This document shows positions 40,255 through 52,922 of a DNA stretch of 64,000 nucleotides, one piece after another. Position 1 is the stretch's first letter. Each line of letters starts with the position of its first letter. Location of the stretch: assembly GCA_024679065.1 (NCBI GenBank), contig JAGIQG010000028.1, positions 11,160,001-11,224,000 on the forward strand, in the 5' to 3' direction. A program made the position numbers and the translations under genes. Origin of the DNA: Sphyrna mokarran (lineage: Eukaryota). Below the pieces are notes generated by a model, which saw only the letters and a program-made list of their open reading frames with translations, was not told the origin of the DNA and made no database searches.

Positions 40255-41394
40255 ACTGAATATTCTCGCCCAGAATCCATTACATTGGACATTGAAGGAT
40301 ATGGGTGTATATGTATTAGCAGATTTCCATAGCCACAAGTGACACAACAGTATTATACTGCATAATGCACATTGTGTCATTTTACTAAGGTGTTTCTTTA
40401 CGCAAGATAATTTAATTGTTAAACTGTTTGTCTCTCAGGCTAGAATTTAACAATAATAAAAACAGAAAATGCTGATAAAGTCAGTGGGTCTGGCGGCACT
40501 TGTGGAAACTTGAATGTAAGACTGTGCTTGTTAGTTTGAAGGTGGAGTTTAGAAGTGCAGGTCAGATGCAGACAGCATTTTAACATGTTTTTCACCTTTA
40601 ATGAAGTGTGACATCTGGAATTTGGCACCTGCACCATGACATCTGTAGGGCTGCACCTGTCTGCGTTGGCATACTGGAGCAACAACTCTTGATAATTAAC
40701 ATCAAGCAAAACTAACACAAAATCTTCCAACTGGTCAAGGCTGCACAGAAAGATTTATAGCTCTCAGTCAAATTCAGTTCGTTGGAAGTTGACCTTTTCT
40801 CCCAGCTGCACTGGGTGGCATGGATGAGTCTGCAACTTGATCATTCTCTCAGCATGAGGACTCTGTAACATATGGTTTCCCAGCGTGAGGCGTCTGTTGC
40901 CAGCTATTTAGCATAAAACTAAATTGGGGATGGGGAGAGTAAATTTAACAAAAAATATATATTCATGGAGCTTAAAGTGAATCTGCATTTAACAATACAT
41001 TCTGAAAATAGCAGTTTAAGGGGAATCAGCTGTAATGCTGGCTGCTGTGGTTTTACTCTGTGCACCCATCTTCCTTTGACCCCACCAAGCTTGGTAATGA
41101 AAAGCTGATCATGACTTGTACTGGTTGGAAACCTGTTTCCTTTCCCGATTTAACATCTTTCCTCCTGAAGAAAAGATGTTCAGGAAGGCACAGTGCAGTT
41201 GTGCATTAGTGCTTTTTAGTAGCCTGTCTCCAATCCTGCATGCAAGTGAACTGAGATGAGAAAAAGATGCCCCAAAACTTATTTAATTTCAGTGAATTGC
41301 AAAGAACCATGGATCAATTCCCTGCTAAATTGTTCAAAGGTTTCTGTTTCCATTTTGCAACAGGGACATCCATTTTAAATGTTGATAAAGTTAA

Positions 41395-41581
41395 AGTAAT
41401 GTTTATTTTATTAGTCACAAGAAGGCTTACACTAACACTGCAATGAAGTTACTGTGGAAATCCCCAAGTAGCCACATTGTGGCGCATGTTCCAGCACACT
41501 AAGGAGAATTTAGCATGGCCAACGCACCTCAACAGCACATTTTTCGGACTGTGGGAGGCATCTGGAGGAAACCCATGCAGA

Positions 41582-41650
<69 letters not shown>

Positions 41651-41708
41651 GACCCAAGCCTGAATTGAACCCCTGGCACTGTGAGGCACCAGTGCTAATC
41701 GTGCCACC
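41395..41708 (-). mobile_element. V-SINE with expanded internal (CA)n
   Basis: ttattagtcacaag tail, tttagcatggccaa, ttgaacccctggcactgtgaggca head. Confidence 0.85.
41584..41648. repeat. (CA)~32 microsatellite
   Basis: Uninterrupted AC run, expanded from the SINE's cacacag. Confidence 0.98.
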
Positions 41709-41995
41709 CACTTTCATTCTTCATGATTCCTCTCACTGTGTCACTCTCTGTATGAAGATAATCTTGAGAATATAAATTTACCTTTCGTTAATTTTAATAA
41801 GTAGTCCTTTATCCTTCAGTCAAGGTTGACTTTGAAGTACTAGGCAGGACTTATCTTTTAAATCATTATCTACTGAATTTCTGTAAATAGCGAGAAATAA
41901 ACATTATAGTCAAGATTTATCAGACATTGGCAATATGTTTAGAACACTTGTTGATATAGTGTTTGTCAGTTATTAAAATGGATCTTTCCTTTCAG

Positions 41996-42112
41996 GTGTC
42001 ACGATGAAGCTGATGGATGAGGTGGCTGGCATTGTAGCAGCTCGTCATTGCAAGACCAACATTGTCACTGCATCTGTGGACGCAATTAACTTTCACCAGA
42101 AGATTCAGAAAG
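41996..42112 (+). CDS. ACOT7: Internal coding exon (117 bp, phase 1-1) of cytosolic acyl-CoA thioesterase 7, second hotdog domain
   Basis: Acceptor tctttcctttcag| and donor AAAG|gtatcg. Translates (G)VTMKLMDEVAGIVAARHCKTNIVTASVDAINFHQKIQK(G), nearly identical to vertebrate ACOT7 as I recall it (GVTMKLMDEVAGIVAARHCKTNIVTASVDAINFHDKIRKG), including the catalytic Asp in KLMDEV. Not shown in the ORF track in this frame. Confidence 0.96.
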
Positions 42113-42248
42113 GTATCGCACCTGCCACTTTCACACTCCTTGCACAAGAGTGCTTCAGTTGGCAATGTCACACCGCTGAATGAGCATTTTGTACTGAAAC
42201 GTTTTGCATGTTACAGGCAGATTATTAACACCAGTGCCTACAAAAATG

Positions 42249-42662
42249 GCACACAGTAAGAAGTCTCACATCACCAGCTTAAAGTCAGACAAGTTTATTT
42301 AGAATCACAAACTTTCGAAGCGATGCTCCTTCATCAGGTGATTGGAGGTTAGTTCACAAACACGGCAGGTATAGACAAAGATACAATTGCAAGATAATTA
42401 CAGATTAGAATGTGAAGAATGGTTGGAATGCGGTTCTTTACAGATAATCAAGTTATTACAAGTACAAACAGTATACCTGGAGAGAGGGATAATCACAGGT
42501 GAAAGAGGTGTGAATTCTATCAAAATACAACGTTCAACCCTAACTCACCTGATGAAGTAGCGGCACTCTGAAAGCTCATGATTCCAAATAAACCTGTTGG
42601 ATTTTAACCTGGTGTTGTGAGACTTCTTACTGTGCCCATCCCAATCCACATCTCCGCATCAT
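42249..42662. mobile_element. Palindromic Penelope-derived element with two opposed hammerhead-like cores
   Basis: Arms 42249-42340 and 42546-42636 are imperfect reverse complements; cores CAC-CTGATGA..GAAA. Confidence 0.78.
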
Positions 42663-43494
42663 ATCTAAATGGTATAACTTGACTTTTGAAAGTTGCCTTA
42701 AAATTAAATCTTTCAGTCACATTCCAGCAACCTTATCAGCAGTGAAACCAAACCACAGAAGAATGTAATGCACTATTTAGCAGACTTATTTTATAGGCAG
42801 TATTTGCCAATAAAAATTGCCACGGAACTATATTTGTTTTATCAGATATTCCACCAGTTCTGGAATTCCTTCCCTAAACCTCTCAACAATGCTGACCTCT
42901 TTAAAAATGCTTCTTAAAACTGACCCCTTTGACCAAGCTCTTGGTCATCTGGTCTAATGTGTCCTTAAGTGACTCAAAGTCAAATTTTGTTTGATAACAC
43001 TCCTCTGAAGTTCTTTAAGACTTTTTGTTATGTTAAAAAACAATACATGTTATTAGAAATATCAAATTATTTCAGAAATGATCTTATCTAAAATAATTTC
43101 TACTTCCCTTGCTGCCTGGATATATAGTTCTGTATCTTGTTAATACAGCTGTTGTTTTCAGTTTTTCAGACCCGGCATTGAACCATTTATGTTTTGAACA
43201 TTATTTCAGAAAAACTATTTATTTATCTATTCCACATCAGTATTTCACAAAAAATGAATGGTTCATTTGTAATTTTTGTCTCAGAAAATGCTATCACAGT
43301 GGACTGAATCTCATCTGTCACTCTGAATGTTTCAATCTTCTTCAGGAAGGGCTCAGCCAAGTGTTGACCCAAGTAGCCATTCTTTATGAATGGCTTTGTG
43401 TTGTAGGCAGGGCATTGATCTTATCCTGACCTCCTTTCTGAAGAAAGTGGCACAACTTGGCATAAAATGCTAACAATAGGTGTTTTTAGACTTG

Positions 43495-44579
43495 ACTAAA
43501 TTGATACAAAATTGGCTTCCTGACAGAAGCCAGAGGGTGATTGTAGAAAGTTGTTTTTCAAACTGGAGGCCTGTGACCAGCGGTGTGCCTCAGGGATCAG
43601 TGCTGGGCCCACTGTTATTTGTCATTTATATTAACGATTTGGATGAGAATATAGGGGGCATGTTAGAAAGTTTGCTGATGACACCAAGATTGGTGGCATA
43701 GTGGACAGTGAAGAAAGTTATTTCCAATTGCAACAGGATCTTGATCAATTGGGCTAGGGGGCTGATGAAAGGCAGATGGAGTTTAATTTAGACAAATGCA
43801 AGGTGATGCATTTTGGTAAATTGAACCAGGACATGACTTATTCAGTTAATAGTTGGGCATTGTTGAGAGTTACACAACAAAGAGATTTAGGGGTACATGT
43901 TCATAGCTCCTTGAAAGTGGAGTCACAGGTGGACAGAGTGGTGAGGAAGACATCCAGTATGCTTGATTTCATCGATCAGAACATTGAATATGGACATATT
44001 GTTGAAGTTGTACAAGACATTGGTAAGGCCACACTTAGAATACTGTGTGCAATTCTGGTCACCCTATTATCGAAAAAGTATTATTAAATTAGAAAGAGTG
44101 CAGAAAAAATTTACTAGGATGCTACTGGGACTTGATGGATTGATTATAAGGTGAGGCTGAATAAACTGGGACTTTTTTCTCTGGAGCATAGAGGTTGAGG
44201 GGTGATATTATAGAGGTCCATAAAATAATGAGGGGTATAAACAAGGTAGATAATCATTTTTCCCAAACAATGGGGAGTCTAAAACTTGAGGGCATAGGTT
44301 TAAGGGGAGAGGTGAGAGATACAAAAGTGTCCAGAAGAGCAATTTTTTCACACAGAGGGTGGTGAGTGTCTGGAACAAGCTGCCAGACGTAGTAGTAGAG
44401 GCAGGTACAGTGTTATCTTTTAGAAAGCATTTAGATAGTTGCATAGGTACGATGGGTATAGAGGGATATGGGCCAAATGCAGGCAATTGGGATTAGCTTA
44501 GAAGATTTAAAAAAAGAGTGGCATGGACAAGTTGGGCCAAAGAGCCTGTTTCCATGCTGTAAACCTCAATGACTCTATA
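43495..44579 (+). mobile_element. CR1/HER1-type LINE 3' fragment (similar to 6529-8470)
   Basis: [24 protein letters not shown]; LYKTLVRPHLEYCVQFWSPY; similar 3' tail. Confidence 0.95.
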
Positions 44580-44619
44580 ATTACTTAATCTACCATGTTG
44601 GTTTAAGGATAAATATTGG

Positions 44620-44977
44620 GGTTCTCATTGAAACTTACAGAATAATGAAAGGTCTGGATGGAGTGCATATGGGAAAGATGTTTTCATTCGTGGGAGAGAC
44701 TAGGACCCAAGGACACCTCAGAGTAAGGGGCTGACACTTTAGAACCGAGATGAATTTCGAATGCCAGAGAGTGAACCTGTGGAATTAATTGCCACAGAAG
44801 GCTATGGAGGACAGGTCATTGAGTGTATTTAAGACAGAAATGGTTCTTGATTGCTAAGAGGATCAAAGATTATGGGGAAAAAGCAGAAGAATGAGATTGA
44901 GAAACTTAGCAGCCATGATTGAATTGCAGACTCGATGAGTTGAATGGCCTAATTCTGCTCCTATGTCTTATGGTCTT
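44620..44977 (+). mobile_element. CR1 LINE 3' end
   Basis: ctcattgaaacttacag..gtggaattaattgccacag..tggcctaattctgctcctatgtcttatgg. Confidence 0.85.
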
Positions 44978-44984
44978 GTGGATC

Positions 44985-45225
44985 ATGGTTCAGAGGAGAA
45001 CTCCCCCCGTGCTTTTTTTGTATAAGAGGCGCAAGATATTTTACGTTCACCTAAGAGGATGAACCCCTTTGTCCACTTTCACATCTGAAAGATGGCACTT
45101 CCAACAGTACAGCATTCTCTTTCACTGGGAGTGGCAGCCTGAATTGCATGCTCAAATCTCTAGAGTGAGACTTGAAGTTATGAAATTCTGACATGGGGAG
45201 AGAATGCCAGCACTGAGTAATTGCA
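44985..45225 (-). mobile_element. DeuSINE 5' fragment
   Basis: ggagaactccccc..catctgaaagatggcacttccaacagt..cagcctgaatt..gacttgaa. Confidence 0.55.
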
Positions 45226-45415
45226 AGCACAATCTTCAGAGGGATCAACATAAAAAATGATAACGCAAGTACCATGTAACAAAAAAAAATGTTTTAGAAC
45301 TATACAACAGGTCTATCTGTATCTGGAAAAACAATAACAGGTAGCTCAGCTACCTGTTTCATATAGCTCTCATCAGTTCAAATGAGAGACCTCAACCTAA
45401 AAGACTTCTCTTTCT

Positions 45416-45720
45416 CGTAGAATCCATACAGTGCAGAAGAAGGCCATTCAGCCAATTGATCTTGTACCAACAACAATCCCCCGAGGCCCTATTTCTGTAA
45501 CCCCATGTTTTTATCCTGCTAATTCCCCTGGCACTAAGAGGCAATTTAGCATGGCCAATCCACGTAACCTGCACATTTTTGGACTGTGAGAGGAAACCAG
45601 AGCACTCAGAGGAGACCCATGAAGACACGGGGAGAACTCCACACAGACAGTGACTCGAGGCCAGAATCGAACCCGGGTCCCTGGCGCTGTGAGGCAGCAG
45701 TGCTTACCACTGTGCTGGCC
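45416..45720 (-). mobile_element. HE1-like V-SINE
   Basis: Full head (atcgaacccgggtccctggcgctgtgaggcagcagtgc), V-domain and tail. Confidence 0.92.
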
Positions 45721-47366
45721 CACCCCAAACACCTGTTTGGAGTGTTGACAAACTGGCTGCGCATTTCCAGGATTTTCTGATTTTATCTCCGATTTTTGCA
45801 ATTTGCAGTTTTATCTCATATCACAGCCTGGTATTATAGAATACTGAGAAAAAGCACAGGAGGAGGCCGTGTGGTCAAATATGCTGGTTCTTTGGTAGAA
45901 GCACCCAATTTGTTCCAATTTCCTATTGATTTCATATAGCTCTGCAAACTTTAACTTCCAAGTATTTAATCACTTCCCTTTTGAAAATGGCTCTGGAAAC
46001 AGTTTTCACCACCAGTTGTCAGAGGGTTTCATACCTCATTCCAAAATGGTGCAGGTTTAACACTTAGGATGGTAAAATTCACAACGGCTTTTGAGGTAAA
46101 AAGATTAGTTACAAATTATTCTTCCTTCAGATTAGGAAGTGTTTAGTCAGATGAACTTGCTGTACTTTTCCTGCCAAGATCTTCGCAGGAGGCAATTTGA
46201 CTTCTAGCCTATGCCAATACTTTAACTGCTTCTTGCAGACATTCCTGCTCTTTAAGAAATGCTTAATAAAACAGAACAAATCCCTGGATTGAAGATTACT
46301 AAAGCAAAAACAATGCTATTCTTACTCAGATAGGAGCCAGGAATGTTAGTATTCCAGTTGAGGTTTGGCTACAAGAAGTTATGGAATAATGGAGATAATA
46401 ATTCAACTTAATTGGTTCCAGAAATGCCTAACTGTGAGCACAGGAAATGTTCTTGTTTAGTTTTATGGTGATTTTTCTTTTAAATTCAGTCAGCACAAGA
46501 TGACTAACCTGGGGTGTTCATTGTGATACTCCTTTGCAATGCTCCTAATGGTTTTAGTCAAGGCAATGCATGTAATCTTTTATCCCAGTGCCAGTGCTTC
46601 AGTGAAGTAAGTGCCACAAAAGCATTGCAAGCTGGAAACCTTGGTGAGAATCACATAAGGACACTGTGTAATTTCTACAGTGGATGAAATATCTAATTGT
46701 GATCACAGGTTTGAACTGACCTGATACTGACCCGAATGGCCTGACTTTTAAGTTTGGGGCTGTGCTTGAAGTTGGTGTGGGCAGCAACAGATGCGAAACC
46801 CACTGCTGTCCGGCATCATGTTGTTAATGTGATATTATCCCGCTGGCCAATTGATAGCCCTGCAACATAAAATGTACTTTGTGTAAGGTTGAGTGCTATC
46901 GGGGAACTCGAGAGGGGGCTGGGTGTCTAGAAGAAATGAGGCGCTTCCAGTATGCTCCTTCAGGGGGACAGCCACTGTGGTGTGGTCTGATGGAGCTACT
47001 GACTAGTGAATGACAAACATCAGTGGAAAAACCATGTCACACTGTCTAAGCAATGTGTTCATACACAGATGTCAGTCCCCAGACATATTTATTCATTTTG
47101 TTTGAGCCCTGACTTGCAACACACCCCCGGAACAAGGTTGCAGTTAAAATGTAAAGGCCACTTGGCTTGCCTGTCAACCATAAAGAGAGGCAAGCAGGCA
47201 GACAATGTAAAATCCCAGTCAATTGCTGTTTAATTCATTTAAATTTGTTTCTTGATTGTCAGCTGGTGTGTTTCCAACATGCGCCCGCAGCTGTCAACCA
47301 GGATATCACGTTGCATATCATGACATTGGGACCTATGTCCTCTCAGGCAACTTTATGCACTTCCAG

Positions 47367-47583
47367 ATCATAGAACATAGAACATAGAACAATACAGCAC
47401 AGAACAGGCCCTTCGGCCTTCGATGTTGTGCCGACCAAAATAAAAAGCAATGCCCCTCCTACCTAAACCATTCCCTTCTCATCCATATACTTATCCACTA
47501 ACCTCTTAAACGCCACCAAACTTGGCGCTTCTACAACAGCTGCAGGCAGGGCATTCCACTCCCTAATCACTCTTTGAGTAAAC
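47367..47583 (-). mobile_element. Short CR1 3' end with (tagaaca)3 tail
   Basis: tagaacatagaacatagaacaatacagcacagaacaggcccttcggcc. Confidence 0.85.
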
Positions 47584-47687
47584 ATTTTACATTGCTCAGG
47601 CCTGAGCAATGTAAAATTCTAGCTGAATTGTTCATTAAATCCTTTATGGGATGGATAGGGTGTCACATGCAAAATTTAAGTTCATGA

Positions 47688-47965
47688 AGTTTATTTTTTA
47701 GTGACACAAGTAGGCGTACACTAACACTGCAATGAAGTTATTATGAAAATCTCCTAGTCACCACACTCCGGTACCTGTTTAGGTACACTGAGGGAGAATT
47801 TAGCATGGCCACTGCACCTAACCAGCACTTCTTTTGGACTGTGAGAGGAAACTGGAGCACTCAGAGGAAATTCACACACGGGAAAAACATGCAGACTCTG
47901 CACAGACAATGACCCAAGGTTGGAATCAAACGCTGTGTGGAGCAATGTGAACCACTTTGCCATCA
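47688..47965 (-). mobile_element. V-SINE
   Basis: Same family as 6318, 41395 and 49976. Confidence 0.85.
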
Positions 47966-49145
47966 TATACCAACTTTAATGAAAGTTCATAAAAACTTTA
48001 AATATATTTTTGTATTGAGAACTGTTATCTTACCTGTTTACTATTTAACTTTGAACAGCCTCACAGCCAATCTAGGCTTTGGATTTAATCCTCACCTGAT
48101 ATTCACACTTTTATGTAGGGGGTCACTTGATATTAACCTGAAGCAGGAACTTCAGTTGCTTTTTTCCATTTTCAAACTCAGGAATACTAAGATCAATTGC
48201 AGCATCTTAATTCGTTGCACCAAATTGATATCAGCTATCTCAGTGTGAGCTGGACATTGGGTCCTTACTGCTTTGTATGACTTAACAGTATGCTTGGTGG
48301 CAAATAACTTGTTAATGAAACACTTGGTTAACTTGGATATTTTTGGCTCAACTCCAAGAGTGTGCAGAGAGACATTGCTGTTGAATTGAATATTTTTGTT
48401 TATTTCACACCTCTAGAGCCTTGCTTCAATCCAACTGCTCTGAGTTGCCTGAAGCTACTTTGGAATACCAGCAAGTAGAGAGGCTGAGATGGGACTGCTA
48501 ATGGAATCACAGTGATTCACTCTGTGAAGTTTCAGTGCTGTAAAGACAGGATGATAGATGAGGGGGATTATCATGATAATAATTCTGACACATCTATGTC
48601 ACCAGCTGAGAACATATCAATTTTTCTGACAGGCTCGCAGCATTCTGCGATATATTGATTCCTTGGAGGGTTCTGCCAGGCACTGAGACTGATGATCTTT
48701 TCTTACAAGCTTTCCTTACTGAACAATTTCAAAAAGAAAATGCTCATTCAGTTCATTTGTAACTCTTTATTAGAATTGAAAAACTTGCATACATATAGTG
48801 GTTTTCACTGCCGATGTTCCAGCCCTAAAATGCCCTGTATTAAATAGCTTTTTCAATATTAATACAGAAATACCCATCTTAGATAAAATGGGAAATCTCA
48901 AAATAGAAATGGTCTCGGGGAAGGGGCAAGTGTTCTGTGAGATCTTTGCCTGTATCTCCCAGAGCTCACTGAGCTAAGACAAGTTCCTTTACATTGGAAA
49001 GCTACTCACATGGGTTCCAATATTCAAACAAGGAGTCAAACCAGAGCCTGGGAACTGTCAGTCTGACATTCCTCATTATGAAGATCCTTGCAAGGATCCA
49101 AGTTATGCCCTTTATATTGTGGGGAAAGAAATGAGGAGGCTATTG

Positions 49146-49432
49146 GGCAGCACGATGACATAGTGGTTAGCATTGCTGCCTCATAGCGCCAGGATCCTGG
49201 GTTCAGTCCCAGTCTTGGGTCTGTGTGTGTTTTCGCCGGGTTCTCTGGTTCCCTCCATCCGAAGATGTGCAGGTTAGGTTGATTGGCTACGCTAAATTGA
49301 CCCTTCGTGTCAATGGGATTAGCAAGGTAAATGTGTGGGGTTATAGAAATATGGCCTGGGTGAGATTCTGTTTGGTACGGACTCGATGGACAGAATGGTG
49401 TCCATTTGTACTGTAGGGATTCTGTGATTCTA
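49146..49432 (+). mobile_element. HE1-like V-SINE
   Basis: gggcagcacg..gtggttagc..gggttcagtccc head; ctgtagggattctgtgattcta tail. Confidence 0.88.
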
Positions 49433-50072
49433 TTGGCGATTACTGAACATAGCTTCCTGAAAGGAAAGGTCATATTGTGAACTTGATTGAGTTTATTGAA
49501 GAACTTTCTAAATTACTGCATGAAGATAATCTGGTTGACATTGACTGCCTGGATGTCAGAATGGCTGTAATAATATACCACATAGTAAGTTACTTAACAA
49601 GGTAAAAGCCTGTGATATCAGAAAGCAACTAGTACACTGCCACAGGCATCCTGAGAACCAAAATGCATAACTGACCGGCCAGTATTTTGCTGTCTTTCAT
49701 TTTATATGTCTGTAGCTGAAATCCATCAAATTTGCTTCACCTGGTTAATTACTTTGAAATCCGGCCATTGCGGTTATGTCGTGGCAGCCATTTGGAATAC
49801 ATCAATTAAATGAAAAGCACTCTGGGAGAATTAAATGCTTGTTTCAAATAGTGCTGTTGAGTGTTTTATTGCCAACACAAACAGGCCTAGATTTAATGTC
49901 TATTCTGCAGAACAGAAGCTTTGACAAAGCAGCATAACTTCAACTGACATTAGAGTGCCATCCTAGTTTGTTTTTAAGTTTATTTATTAGTGTCACAAGT
50001 AGGTTTACATTAACACTGCAATGAAGTTACAGCGAAAATCCCCTAGTTGCCACACTCCAGAGCCTGTTGAGG

Positions 50073-52600
50073 AGGTGGGGTCTGCTTCCTAATCAACACC
50101 TCGTGGTGCCTAGATGTAGCAACACAGGCAATTTACACCTAGAACACTTGGCACTAAAATGCCATCCTTACTTTCTTCTGTGGAAATTCACCTCTGCTAG
50201 CTTGATGGCAGTTTACATCTCAACCTATGCGGACGTAAAGACCACACTGGACAAAATAAACACTACTATGAAAAGTCTTGAGATGAAACAACACAAGGTT
50301 TTGTTCATTGTGGGCAGAGACTTCAATCAGGCCAAGCTCAAGAGCGTACTGCCAAGTTACCACCAACGTGTCCCCTGATCCATCAGAGGCCCAAATGTCA
50401 TAGATCACTGCTACACAAATATCAAACATGCCTACTGCTCTGTCGCCCGCCCACACTTTGGCAAATCAGACCACAAAGCTGTGCTCCTGCTCCCACCTTG
50501 CAAGCAAAAATTGAAACGGGAAGAATGCATCAAAGAGAGTCGTGCAATGTTGGTCTGAGGAATTGGATGATCGCCTGCAGGGGCTGCTTGGAGTCAGTGG
50601 ACTGGTCAATATTTAAAAACTCTGTGACCAGTCTGAATGAGTGTGCCACTACAGTAACTGACTTCATTAGTAATCGTGTAGAAGACTGTATACCAAAGAA
50701 GCAAATCTGTGTGTTCCCCAACTGAGAACCGTGGATGAACAGGGGTATCCACTGCTTGCTGAAATCCAGGTTTGGGGTATTCAAGTCAGGTGACTGACCT
50801 ATACAAGAAAGCCAGATACGATCTAAGGAGATCAATCAAAGATGCCAAAAGACAATACTGGACCAAGCTAGAGTCCCAGACTAGCTACACTGGCAAAGTC
50901 TGCAAGGCAGAACAGGCTACAGGATGAAGTCATGTAAAATCACTGGCTCCAATGCACCCCTCCCCGATGAGCTCAATGCATTCTACGCCCGTTTTGAGTA
51001 AGAGGTCAGTAAGACCATGTTCTCCACTCTGAAAGCCCTGGCTGAACCTGTATCTGGGGTCATCACTGCAGATGTCAGAGCAGCTTTCTTGAAAGTCAAC
51101 CCACAGAAAGCAATTGGCCTGCATGGGGTACCCAGACGTGCACTCAGATCCTGTGCAGATCAGCTGGCGAAGGTACTCACAGACATTGTCAACCTCTCTT
51201 TACAACAATCTGAGGTCCTTATCTGCTTCAAGAAGATGACCATCATCCCGATACCCACGAAAAACCAAGTAGCATGCCTTAATGACTATTGACCGGTGAC
51301 TCTGACATCCATCATTATGAAGTGCTTTCAAAGCTTAGTCATAGCATGAATCAATTCCAGCCTTCCGGATGACCTGGATCCATTACAGTTTGCCTACTGC
51401 TGCAACAGGTCCACAGCAGATGCCACTTCCCTGGGCCTGCACTTAACCTGGAACACCTAGATAACAGGGACACCTATATCAGACTCCTATTTATTAACTG
51501 CAGCTCAGCCTTCAACACTGTTATTCCAACGAAACTCCTCTTGCAACTCCATGGCCTGGGCTTCAGCACCTCTGTCTGTGACTAGATCCTGAACTTCCTA
51601 ACTCAGAGACCACAATCAGTGAGGATAGGCAGTAACATATCCTCCACGATCATCTTCAACACTGGTGCCCCACATGGCTGTGCTCTCAGCACCTTATATA
51701 CTTATGTACCTATGACTGTGTAGCCAAATTCCCCTCCAATTCAATTTTCAAATTTACTGATGACACCACCATAGTGGGTCAGAACTCATTCAGTGAAGAG
51801 GCAAAGTACTGGAATGAAATAGAGAATCTGGTGAACTGGTGCGGCAACATTAATCTCTCCCTCAATGTCATCAAAATGAAGGAGATTGTCATCGACTTTA
51901 GGAAGAGTAAAGGAGAACATGCCCCTGTCTACATCAATGGGGATGAAGTAGAAAAGTTCGAGAGCTTCAAGTTTTTGGATGTCCAGATCACCAGCAACCT
52001 GTCCTGATCCCTTCATGCTGACGCTATAGTTAAGAAAGCCCATCAACGTCTCTACTTTCTCAGAAGACTACAGAAATTTGGCATGTTAGCTGCAACTGTC
52101 ACCAACTTTACAGATGCACTGTAGAAAGCATTCTTTCTGGTTGTATCACAGCTTGGTATGGCTCCTGCTGTGCCCAAGATCAGAAGGAACTGTAAAAAGT
52201 CGTGAATGTAACCCAATCTATCATGCAAACCAGCCTCCCATCCATTGACTCTGTTTACACTTTCCGCTGCCTCGGCAAAGCAGCCAGCATAATTAAGGAC
52301 CCCATGCACCCTGGACATTCTCTCTTCCATCTTCTTCCTTTGGGAAAAAGATACAAAAGTCTGAGTCATGTATCAACTGACTCAAGAACAGCTTCTTCCC
52401 TGCTGCTGAGACTTTTGAATGGACTTACCTTGTATTAAGTTGATCTTTCTTGACACTTTAGCTATAACTGTAACACTCACATTCTACACTCTCTTGTTTC
52501 CTTCTCTGTGAACAATATGTTTTATCTGTACAGCGTGCAAGAAACAGTATTTTTCACTATGTTAATACATGTGACATTAATAAATCAAATCAAATCAAAA
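50073..52600 (+). mobile_element. Rex1/Babar-clade LINE, ~2.5 kb, degenerate APE plus RT, inserted in a V-SINE (49976-50072, 52601-53060)
   Basis: APE motifs GRDFNQA, DHCYT and SDH; RT motifs CADQLAKV, LNDY*PVTLTS, DPLQFAY and KFTDDTT; (aatca)n tail; candidate TSD ttgagg at 50067 and 52601. Confidence 0.9.
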
Positions 52601-52667
52601 TTGAGGGGAGAATTTAACATGGCCAATGTACTTAACTGGTACATCTTTTGGATTGTGGGAGCAAATA

Positions 52668-52922
52668 GGGTAGCACGACTGCATTACGACACCAAGGACC
52701 TGGGTTCAATTCCAGCTTCAGGTCACTGTCTGTGTGGAGTTTGCACATTCTCCCCTTGTCTGCATGGGGTTCCTCTGGGTATTCTGGTTTTCTCCCACAA
52801 TCCAAGGATGTGTGGGCGAAGTTGATTGGCCATGCTAAATTGACTCAGAGTAACTCATGGGATTGTGGTCGGTGCAGACTCGATGGATCAAGTGACCTCC
52901 TTCTGCACTGTAGAGATTCTAT
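52668..52922 (+). mobile_element. HE1-like V-SINE nested in the same opposite-strand SINE
   Basis: gggttcaattcc B-box, V-domain and tail; host SINE resumes at gaaactagagcactc. Confidence 0.85.

Noticed and set aside
41449-41717. CVCVCV and HTHTHT ORFs (also 56316-56759 and 15715-16164)
   Set aside because: Translations of micro- or minisatellites.
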